A stretch of DNA of 32,000 bases from Wallemia ichthyophaga EXF-994 (taxonomy: Eukaryota > Fungi > Basidiomycota): assembly GCF_000400465.1 (NCBI RefSeq), contig NW_008806279.1, positions 356,107 to 388,106 of the forward strand, given 5' to 3'. The translations under genes were made by a program, and so were the position numbers. Below, piece after piece: positions 1 to 9,352 of the stretch. Below the pieces are notes generated by a model. The model was not told the origin of the DNA. It ran no database searches and was given only the letters and a program-made list of their open reading frames with translations. Position 1 is the first letter of the stretch, and every line of letters starts with the position of its first letter.

Positions 1-51
1 ACGTTTACTTTGTGCTTTTCACTTTACAGAAACTGATTCATATCATTCTAG

Positions 52-1464
52 TCCGGCTCACAATTCACTGTCACCAATTATTTCATCTTTAGTTACAGGT
101 AATGCTTGTATCGTCAAAGCTTCGGAATTTGTTGCGTGGTCCTCCAATTGGTTTGTTGGAGCTGTCAAGGAAGCCTTAAGAGTGAATGGTGAAGATCCAA
201 ATCTGGTTCAGGTATGTTATTTTAACCTGTTGACCTTCTTTGCCTAAAACATCTCTTTAGCTCGTTGTATGTTACCCAGATATCGTTGAAACACTGACAA
301 CTTCACGTGATATCGATCATATTACCTTCATTGGCTCAGAGCTTGTGGGTAAAAAGGTTGCTTCAGCCGCTTCTGTAAATCTCAAGCCCTGTTGCATTGA
401 ATTGGGCGGAAAAGATGCTGCCGTAATTTTAAAATCCACTGATTTGCACTTTTTCGAATCAACCTTTTTGAGAGCTACGTTTCAAGCAGCTGGTCAGAAT
501 TGCATTGGTATGCCAATTCGTTGTCAAATCTTTCAAACCATCTTAGTCTCATTCATAGGTATTGAAAGGTTCATTGTTCACAATGACATCTACGATCAAT
601 TTGTCAGTAGAATGCACGACCGTATCAAAGATTTGCGTCTCGGAACGTCATCTGGCAGTAATACTTGCGTCGACGTTGGTGCAATGATATCCAATACACG
701 ATTTCAGCAGCTGGAAGGCCTGATAAATGATGCCGTTAAATTGGGTGCAAAGGTTTTGCATGGCGGTAAAAGGTACACTCATCCAGAATATCCGAATGGT
801 CACTACTTTGAACCGTGGGTTCAATTACATCTTTTTTATTACTAAACTAAAAATTATCATAGTACATTGCTAGTCGACGTCACCTCTGAAATGGAGATAT
901 TCCATCAAGAATGTAGGTTGATTAAGGCACTTGTTCTAATCCCTAAATACGTTATAGTGTTCGCTCCTGTTATGACAGTTATAAAAGCCTCATCAACTAA
1001 GGACGCCATCCATTTAGCAAATAATACAAGATTTGGACTTGGTGGTGCAGTTTTCGGCAACGATCAAGCAGAGTGTTCCTTAGTTGCTCATAATATGAAA
1101 TGCGGTATGGTCAGGTAAGATTCTGCCCAACAGAGCGTTATGATTGTCTCATTACCTTATCAGCCTGAATGACTTTGGCGTCTTTTATCTGAATCAATCT
1201 ATGCCATTTGGAGGGGTTAAATCAAGCGGATATGGAAGATTTGGTGGGTGTGAAGGATTATACGGCTTGTGCAATCCGAAAGCTGTTATTGAAGACAGGT
1301 TCTTCTCATTGATAAGAACTCCGATACCTAAGCCTTTGGACTATCCAGTCAAATCTACAACCGCATCATGGCATTTTGTGAAAGGACTAATTTTACTCGT
1401 TTACGCCGAAACTCTAGCTGACAAAGTTACCGGTCTAATGAATTTGTTGAAAAATTCCTTTTAA
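52..1464 (+). CDS. MSC7: Aldehyde dehydrogenase, MSC7-like family (5' part lies before the window; about 6 exons visible)
   Basis: Spliced exons give PAHNSLSPIISSLVTGNACIVKASE, HITFIGS, ELGGKD (catalytic Glu), GQNCIG/IERFIV (catalytic Cys) and NDFGVFYLNQSMPFGGVKSSGYGRFGG. GT-AG introns at about 211-260, 509-557, 815-861, 913-957 and 1095-1162. Stop at 1464. Subfamily call from recalled motifs. Confidence 0.85.
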
Positions 1465-2050
1465 TACTATCAACAATTTATACTCTTCAGTAAAATTTAT
1501 GGGTTGTAAGTGTTATTCACTGCGTGAAGATTCGAAGACCCCTTCAAAGTAAATAGAATCGACATAGATAAGTGTAACCACAGAATATTTAAATACAATG
1601 TACACTTTAAGACTTTAAATATGCGGATTTATATTGCGATGAATTTGATCGGCAGTACTCTAAACAAACATTCAAGTCTATAAGTGAGCTGGTGTGGATC
1701 CACGAAGAAATTTTATAGATAAGAAATATAATTGCAGCGGTCTCAATCTGAAATGAAACCAGCATATTATGTGCGTTTATAGGAGAAAAGAAGTAAATAT
1801 ACTACGTGACGAATGAAAAGTGATAACGTGGAATTATGATTAGTAGCGGCAAAGATGAATCGGCTAGCAGCCGATAAGTGACGGAAAAACAGCGGCCGGA
1901 AAAATATTCTTCAAACGACGACGATAGAATAAAGCAGCCTCACTTTGGACTCGTGATGTCATCTTAAAAACTCTGACGAGTGGCTGGAAGTGGGAACCGA
2001 CAAGGCTCAATTTATTCCATGAAACAAAGGATCAAATAAATCCAAATTTC

Positions 2051-2405
2051 AAAGTGCGTGCATTAGGTTAGGGCGTACTGGTAAAATGACCAGGACCAAC
2101 ACAATTACCTAAATTTTAAGGATTTTTATTGTAAAGAATATGAGTAAGATACGAGTGCCTTCTTAAGCGCATGAACGAAGAAAAATTACGCCTAACGGCA
2201 CATGCAGCTTGTTGTTAAGCTATCATCACGCTGTACACCGCAACTAAGTCCAAATTTCTCCACGTCACCCTTCCAGAGCCAAAGTTCCAGAAGTTTCAGA
2301 ATGGAATCCAACAACTTCTACATACTGTTCGAGCATGCGTTAGTTAAGAAACGCTTCCAGGAAAATTCAGGACCCTCTTCGACTGCTCATGCTTTAAGAA
2401 GTATT
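2051..2405 (+). repeat. Outer diverged inverted repeat, left arm (pairs with ~8028-8320)
   Basis: Colinear reverse-complement blocks: 2056-2081 vs 8289-8314 (21/26), 2121-2149 vs 8222-8250 (22/29), 2208-2231 vs 8141-8164 (19/24). Coordinate sums are constant (10370-10372). Further gapped blocks extend to ~2405/8028. Confidence 0.8.
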
Positions 2406-2454
2406 GATGGACGCAGTATATAATATGTATCGTCTTAACAACATATTCATATTT

Positions 2455-2471
2455 CATCATCATCATCATCA
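2455..2471 (+). repeat. (CAT)n microsatellite
   Basis: TCATCATCATCATCATCA run read directly. Confidence 0.8.
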
Positions 2472-3262
2472 CTGTTCAAGCATGCCTTTTCCCATGAAGT
2501 ATCTTACACTTATTTGAAAACTCAATTTATTAAATCTACTTAATCGCTGTACAGCCCAATGCACATCACAGCCGCCTATCACTTTCAAGATTAGCGAAAT
2601 TTACACTATGTAATGGAAGGAATATGTTAAAAATGTATTATCTATTAAAATGATAACAATTATTGAATCAATAAGTAGGTGCTAGGACGCAGGCATAGAT
2701 GGTGAATGATACAAGAAATACAAAGCTATGCACGTATAAGGAAACCCCAGGATAACAAGAAGCAGTGTGAAAAAGAAAAGCTCTGGGCTTAGCATTTACT
2801 TAAAGTTCAAGGATTGCGATAAACAAATAAGGACATAAATACATTCGCTTACCATAATGCGTATTTGAGGTAATGTTGAGAAGCGAAGCTGCAAAGACAG
2901 AAGTCCATTCGATAGCTTTGTAACTCAACGGGCGAAGGTCATAATGAACTAATCAGAACTGCAATAAATCCACTGTAAACATTAAGTCATAAGGATTAGG
3001 TAAGACAGTATTGTCTAAAATTTTGAATTTTTCTGCTGTCCCCCCACATGGAATTGACATCAATCAAATGGCACCCTTTATTATCCAAGCGCTAAAAGAT
3101 TATCTACTGTAGAGTATTGACTCAGTATGTAATTGAAAGATGGTCTCATTTTAGCAACTTTCGAAGTATTCTGAAGTGCTATGTAGAGTCTATGCATAGA
3201 AACATTAACTGGCTTGGTGTTGAGGCCCTGCGCATATTAAGTTATAGCATTATTTTCAAATC

Positions 3263-4125
3263 AACAAACCTACTTACACCACAGCAGTAGCTAGAAGCAG
3301 CATGACCCTCAAATTTGAAGCCATGGAAACAAGGCTTGCTTTCTCTTAATACGAAGGGAAAATTTCAGTGCCGAAGATGAACCAACTACTTGGCATATGC
3401 TCTTTGGGTCTACTAACGAAAGTTTAATGTTCGCTTCCATTAGATTATAATCAAGGCTCATGAAGTCACTGAAGGCTCGCGCCAAAATGAATTTTTGTGG
3501 AGGCATAAGCGAATCTCCCTGGCAATGCACAAAGGCAGCTCCAACTCCAAACTCAATGGTAGCACATATGTAACGTTTTGGTGTTTTACTTGATGAATAC
3601 AATCAGATCATCATCATATCTTTTAACTATAGGCCACATGCCAAAATCAGTAATGAAAGACTGATTGATTTCGATAGAAGTAAGTTTTATTTCAGTGGCT
3701 AAGAAGTAGTTTCTCTCAAAACAAGGCCATTATACTAGATTGGTGATCAAATAGTACTTAATTTTGCTAGTCATTAACTTTCAATTGGGAGACTAATGAT
3801 GATAAATACTGCTTCAGCGGAGTCATTAATCCCTGTAACTAAGATTCAACGAAGTTGTCCTAAGCATACGTCCTTGAAATTTCTCACTCGTTAGGCTCTA
3901 TAAAACAGACATGATCTTGATCCAGTTTATTTAAAAAAGAATTTCGATATAATGTTTATTGCTAAAATGGATGAATTGAAATGTTGTATTTCATAGAAGC
4001 CATTCATGATTAAAAATTAATGTCCTGAAGGTGCTCACAGATCTTGGCCTATGGAGGCCTTCATCTATACAAACGATAATATGTTCTACTTATCGGTAGC
4101 GAGAACTCACAGTACGCCTGTGTTA
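3263..4125 (+). repeat. Inner inverted repeat, left arm (863 bp)
   Basis: Line-by-line comparison with the reverse complement of 5151-6014: identical except one extra base (CC at ~3437 vs GGG at 5838-5840). Confidence 0.98.
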
Positions 4126-5150
4126 TCTCTGTTGAAGGCCCTCAGACGAAATAGCCAGGGCAAATTGTAGGAACACTCGTTTTTGTACATAAGTAAACGA
4201 TAAACGTTGAAACTGCAAACTAAGCTCGTGGATATAATTTAAATTTTTACAGGAAGGCCCATGGATTTATCAATGAGACATTTTACACAAACACAAATTT
4301 GTTGGAATTTCATGATTACAAAGATATCTCAGAGTAAGAATTTTCAAAAGACTTCACCAATAACAAAACCTGAATCAACTTAAACATACTTTGTTCAGCT
4401 CCATGAAATTCTATAACTTCTACTTGATAGAGTTAAGTGCAAGCACTTGTCTAGAAACAACTTATAATATACAATTACTAACGAATTTATTGTGAGGAGA
4501 TCCCTAGCATTGTCCAGACGAAAAAAAAAAAGAGTTTTTGTGCATTTTGCTTTGCATGATGACAATCAATAAATCTTTCATCGCCTTAAAATACCATTAT
4601 AGATTTTCAATACAACTAAACAGAAAACGCAGCAAATGTTCGGAACAGCGAAGCTGAAAAATCTGACTGTGATAATCCCGCCTAAACGTTAAGGACATTG
4701 TTCCAGGAAACTTCGAAGAAAAATACAGTGTAAGAAATTAAGTTATGAAAGAAGTTGTACATCATATTCAATCGATAACTATTAATCTTCGTAAGCTTTT
4801 GTAACAAAAAGCTCTAACAATTTTTATGGATAAAGTATTGGATACTTTGATAACTATGGAAACAAGACTTGAAATACAGATATCTGCAAAGTATGACTTT
4901 GAGTTCATTTGGTGGTCAGGAGTTACAAAAAACCTTAGTCTGGTTGAAAGATAAGAATTAAATCATACCTAATTTACCTCTAAGCTAAAGGCTTCCTTCG
5001 TTATTAAATCCAACAAAAACATAAAAAGGGTTATACTGCCTTAAGCTGCAAATGGGTTGTGCTAAAAACCGCCCGACTTGGTACTTTGTTACCTTCGTAT
5101 ATGTTTTTACAATCGCCTATCCAAAACCAGTGAAGGGTAATGGGTAGTGG
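4126..5150. other. 1025-bp unique AT-rich spacer (core) between the inner arms
   Basis: Bounded by the arm ends TGTGTTA|4126 and 5150|TAACACA. Sampled lines are 25-27% GC. A11 tract near 4520. Confidence 0.9.
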
Positions 5151-6014
5151 TAACACAGGCGTACTGTGAGTTCTCGCTACCGATAAGTAGAACATATTAT
5201 CGTTTGTATAGATGAAGGCCTCCATAGGCCAAGATCTGTGAGCACCTTCAGGACATTAATTTTTAATCATGAATGGCTTCTATGAAATACAACATTTCAA
5301 TTCATCCATTTTAGCAATAAACATTATATCGAAATTCTTTTTTAAATAAACTGGATCAAGATCATGTCTGTTTTATAGAGCCTAACGAGTGAGAAATTTC
5401 AAGGACGTATGCTTAGGACAACTTCGTTGAATCTTAGTTACAGGGATTAATGACTCCGCTGAAGCAGTATTTATCATCATTAGTCTCCCAATTGAAAGTT
5501 AATGACTAGCAAAATTAAGTACTATTTGATCACCAATCTAGTATAATGGCCTTGTTTTGAGAGAAACTACTTCTTAGCCACTGAAATAAAACTTACTTCT
5601 ATCGAAATCAATCAGTCTTTCATTACTGATTTTGGCATGTGGCCTATAGTTAAAAGATATGATGATGATCTGATTGTATTCATCAAGTAAAACACCAAAA
5701 CGTTACATATGTGCTACCATTGAGTTTGGAGTTGGAGCTGCCTTTGTGCATTGCCAGGGAGATTCGCTTATGCCTCCACAAAAATTCATTTTGGCGCGAG
5801 CCTTCAGTGACTTCATGAGCCTTGATTATAATCTAATGGGAAGCGAACATTAAACTTTCGTTAGTAGACCCAAAGAGCATATGCCAAGTAGTTGGTTCAT
5901 CTTCGGCACTGAAATTTTCCCTTCGTATTAAGAGAAAGCAAGCCTTGTTTCCATGGCTTCAAATTTGAGGGTCATGCTGCTTCTAGCTACTGCTGTGGTG
6001 TAAGTAGGTTTGTT
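5151..6014 (-). repeat. Inner inverted repeat, right arm (864 bp)
   Basis: Reverse complement of 3263-4125 with a single 1-nt insertion. Confidence 0.98.
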
Positions 6015-7344
6015 AATTTAAAGATGTTTTGTTTTACTATCATTCATTGTAAAATCAAAGCAGTTAAAAACTGTTACGATCTTGATGATTCTTTTCCTTT
6101 TCTCCTAATGAACCCAAATTTCAATTTTATGGCATGATTAACGATGAGGTGACTTGCCATCCTTAGAGATTCATATTAATTTCTTAATTCGTGTAATACA
6201 TTGACTCATATTTATGTCTTTTCGGATCAAGCTTCATTTCCATAGCTGTCACCTCTCCTAGTCCATTTCTGTTACTGAATGGTTGAGAGATACCGGGACT
6301 GATCATATCTTTTCGATTTCTGAATTGTTAGTTGTCGAAACTGTCGAAGGATGGTTGATTGGGCTAACTGAGAAGCGACCTAACCGAATTCAAGCCAACT
6401 GCCGGAGTATTTTGTGTATAGCGATCTTTTATCGTGCATTTGGAGTTTCTAAAATCTCGATTTCGATTGCATCATTCAGATGTCTACACAGGTGAGTCAT
6501 CGTATACTTAATTCATATCCAGACCTTAGATACCTATCCCGCCTTTTTGACGAGTTAGTTTTTTGCGATTCCATCTAAGCTCTAATGTGCCCTGAAATTT
6601 AATTGTGCAGTCTTTCTTTCTTCATTATCTTCTGCTTGCTAACGTTTCAGTGAAATCTCTCTCTAGCCATAAAACATGTATGTCATCATGCATTAGGGAG
6701 TTCCTTGTTTGAAATTAGTCTGCAAGTATTCGATTGAGGTACCACTACAAATACGTAAAGACTTAAGGCTTTGGTCGTTCTTTAATCGGTATGAATGCAT
6801 GTATGCTTTTAGTTTTTATAAAATACGACTCTCGTTCGTTGTCAAATAGATCGAAGTCAATGGACGTAATAAAGGGATAGAATTGGATAAGATAGTTGTT
6901 TAATCGAAGTTTTTTTAATTCCATAATACGTTGATTTCAACTTGACTGCAAGAGTGTATAATACGATTGTACTCGTACTATTTGTACAATGAGCTCGAAA
7001 GTCGTGCAAAATGAGCGTTTACGGTACGACTACAACATTCCAAAAGCTGTATCAATCTTGTGCAATGTAATGAAAAGATTAAGATAAGCTGTACGAAAGT
7101 ACGTATATTGAAAGCACTACCCATCCGTAACTAAGTAAGTGCTGAGCCCTAAACTGTTGAAGATAGTCTTGAAGATTTATCTCAATCTGTGGACCAGGAG
7201 GAAACTTTGATGTTCGAAGTCAATTTCCCGTCAAGACTTTTTAGCGTATAAAAAGGCGAATCGCTGCACCAAGTATATTGCGTCTTGAGACTTACGCTTA
7301 TAGTTGTCGATCTTCAATATAATTGAGTGCACTCGTTATCCTAC

Positions 7345-7818
7345 TTACCTCGAAAACAGGGCCCTCATGTCCCACACTTATTTTGTTGTCAATGTTGTGT
7401 TGTTTAAAGGCACTTTCTTGACTGAGCTGTTGTTAGAGAATTCTGCGAAGGGTAACACATCTTTCAATGTGCCAACTATAACTTTGTAATCATGCGTAGC
7501 TTGAATGCGAATGTGTCGATTTTATTTTCTGCGTTTACATTTGCTTAAGCGAGCTTTGCGAATGATACCTCTAGGCGTACCTGGTGAACTCTCCTCAATG
7601 TCGCCCTGAAGTCTAATGTGTGTAACCGAGACATTTCTCGGATTTCTCTCGGTATCCGAATTTTTGTGTGATGTTCCTGTTTTATGTTCCTTTCTTATTG
7701 AGAATATGATAGGCCGAACGTCATGCTGTTCCGCCCACTTTTCAGTTTATCCTTGCCAACAGCGTTTCGGTACTTTTAGACGAGTGCATGTCTGTAATGT
7801 TGTAGAGAATTCTGGCAT
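7345..7818 (-). pseudogene. Possible decayed ORF relic (158 codons, 3 internal TAA stops), no recognised homology
   Basis: One minus frame reads MPEFSTTLQTCTRLKVPKRCWQG*TEKWAEQHDVRPII...RKARLSKCKRRK*NRHIRIQATHDYKVIVGTLKDVLPFAEFS...TTK*VWDMRALFSR*. This is fewer stops than expected for AT-rich DNA. Confidence 0.25.
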
Positions 7819-8027
7819 AATTTAATTTAGCTCTCTTTTTTGTCCATTACTTAGGTTGTACATGAGTTTGCAACACGCTGTTGCTTTAGATATTTTGTAA
7901 GTGTTTCATTCGTTTATATAGCTAGAAGTAGCATTAGATTGATAGGTGGTGACGACACAGTTAAAATGCAGTGAATATTTTGTTCACCATACTGTCCCCA
8001 GACGTAGTACCCACTAATTTATTTCAT

Positions 8028-8320
8028 ATACTTCTTGAAGTTTTTGTGGGTATTTCATCATAACCTTTTTCCATTACACAAAAAGCGATGTAGCGAATAT
8101 TCTAAGTACCAGACCGGGAAGAGGTGAAGTGGGGCGTGTGGCGTGCCAATAGCCTAACAGCAAGGGAATACCATTCATTGTGTTTCTTCTTCGTTACCGT
8201 GTCTTATAGTTCATTCCTAACTCTTGGTCATATTGGGTATAACAAAAATCTCAACAATTTATAGATTATGTTGGGCCCAGTCGGTCTTCCAGCAAACCCT
8301 AACCTAATTCACACATTTTA
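8028..8320 (-). repeat. Outer diverged inverted repeat, right arm
   Basis: See left arm: colinear reverse-complement blocks, with transition and transversion differences. Confidence 0.8.
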
Positions 8321-8416
8321 AATAGTTGATATATTTTAATTTTGATTTTTGGCGTAATCTCTCGGATTTTAAAGAGTACATTGACCTCAAAACGGCTTAC
8401 TCCTCCGGCAACTTTT

Positions 8417-8446
8417 CAGTTTTCCCTAAACTAAGGCACGCATTTT
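8417..8446 (-). repeat. Third copy of a 30-bp motif with a TTAG(G/T)TTAGGG core
   Basis: Reverse complement AAAATGCGTGCCTTAGTTTAGGGAAAACTG matches 2051-2080 AAAGTGCGTGCATTAGGTTAGGGCGTACTG at 24/30. Confidence 0.75.
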
Positions 8447-9352
8447 GATTAGTGGATGACACAAGAATCATGGTGTCGTTAGTATGACTTATTCGGAATT
8501 ACAGGATCTTTTAAAGTCTTTTGATGGTTGTGTTCCATAAATAGGCTAAGTTCGAAAGTTTTAGTAGGCGCAATACGATTGATAGGTAGGAAGACGATAC
8601 ACTCAAGTCTAATATCTAGCTACTTAATTATCATCAGCCGCTCTCCACTCTATTTCTTCCTCAACTCTCTGAACCACCGTAGGATAATTAACCTTCATGT
8701 GTCTTTTATTACATATTGTCTGATAACCTAAAAGTTTTTGTTCACCTCAAATTTGGTTAGAGATCTAACAACACGTCTATAGATACCCGAAGAACCCTGT
8801 GAACAATACCGAGACATGGTAACCACGGGATATTAATGACACTTGGAGGCACGTGTACGCTGGTAAGTTTAGCTCCAAGGTACAGCTAAGACCTTTTTCT
8901 CCATGGTAATTTCAGAATTAAGTGCTAAAGAGAGGTCATTAATCAATCTGGTCCATTTGAAGATGAATGGAAAGAGCGATTCAGGAGACAATGAATGTGT
9001 CGAGTAGAGATGCAAATTATGACAGTGCATACAATGTACTTGAATTACTAGCATTTGCTTGTACCTGGTGTCTCGTAACTGAATATGCAATACGACACCA
9101 ACGCAGAATAAAAAGCGGTAAACATTAAGTAAGAAATTACAAGGAAACCAATAAAAGCTTTAAGCCCATTAGTTTAGATAAAGAACGACTAGGATGAAAA
9201 AGGTGGAAAATGCGATAGAACTGCCTTTGCTAATGCGTCGCGATTGCTTATAAATAATGGTAAATTGCAAATGTGAGTGTTTGTGAAGATGCTGATAAGA
9301 AATTAAAAGAGCGTAGGTGGGTAGCGAAGTCATTCATGCTTCAACGCCAGCG

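Larger units (their letters stand above)
1465..9352. other. ~7.9 kb AT-rich gene-free interval, candidate regional centromere
   Basis: No recognisable intact gene; both flanking genes end into it. Hand counts of G+C: 13/60 at 3901-3960, 16/60 at 4261-4320 and 15/60 at 4561-4620, versus 27/60 in coding DNA at 13321-13380. Contains nested inverted repeats. Confidence 0.5.

Noticed and set aside
1859-1875. Small perfect hairpin ATCGGCT-AGC-AGCCGAT (and TTATTGA-A-TCAATAA near 2660)
   Set aside because: 7-bp stems are expected by chance in 32 kb.
1949-1981. ACTCG-TGATGT...CTGA-CGAGT, resembling a box C/D snoRNA end structure
   Set aside because: Box C is imperfect, only 13 nt separate the boxes, and the stem leaves a 1-nt rather than 2-3-nt K-turn bulge. 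Likely chance.
3309-3602. 97-aa ORF inside the left inner arm (and 64-aa ORF 5031-5225 crossing the right arm end)
   Set aside because: No recognisable domain, non-ATG start for the first, and its mirror copy is frameshifted by the GG/GGG indel. Not transposase-like.
3323-4871. 15/16 direct match ATGGAAACAAG(G/A)CTTG between the left arm (3323) and the core (4856)
   Set aside because: Does not extend; rough expectation by chance in this AT-rich region is about 0.2.
2063-8307. TTAGGTTAGGG / CCCTAACCTAA as interstitial telomere or chromosome-fusion scar
   Set aside because: Under two imperfect units each, embedded in longer homologous arms. Treated as part of the 30-bp motif instead.
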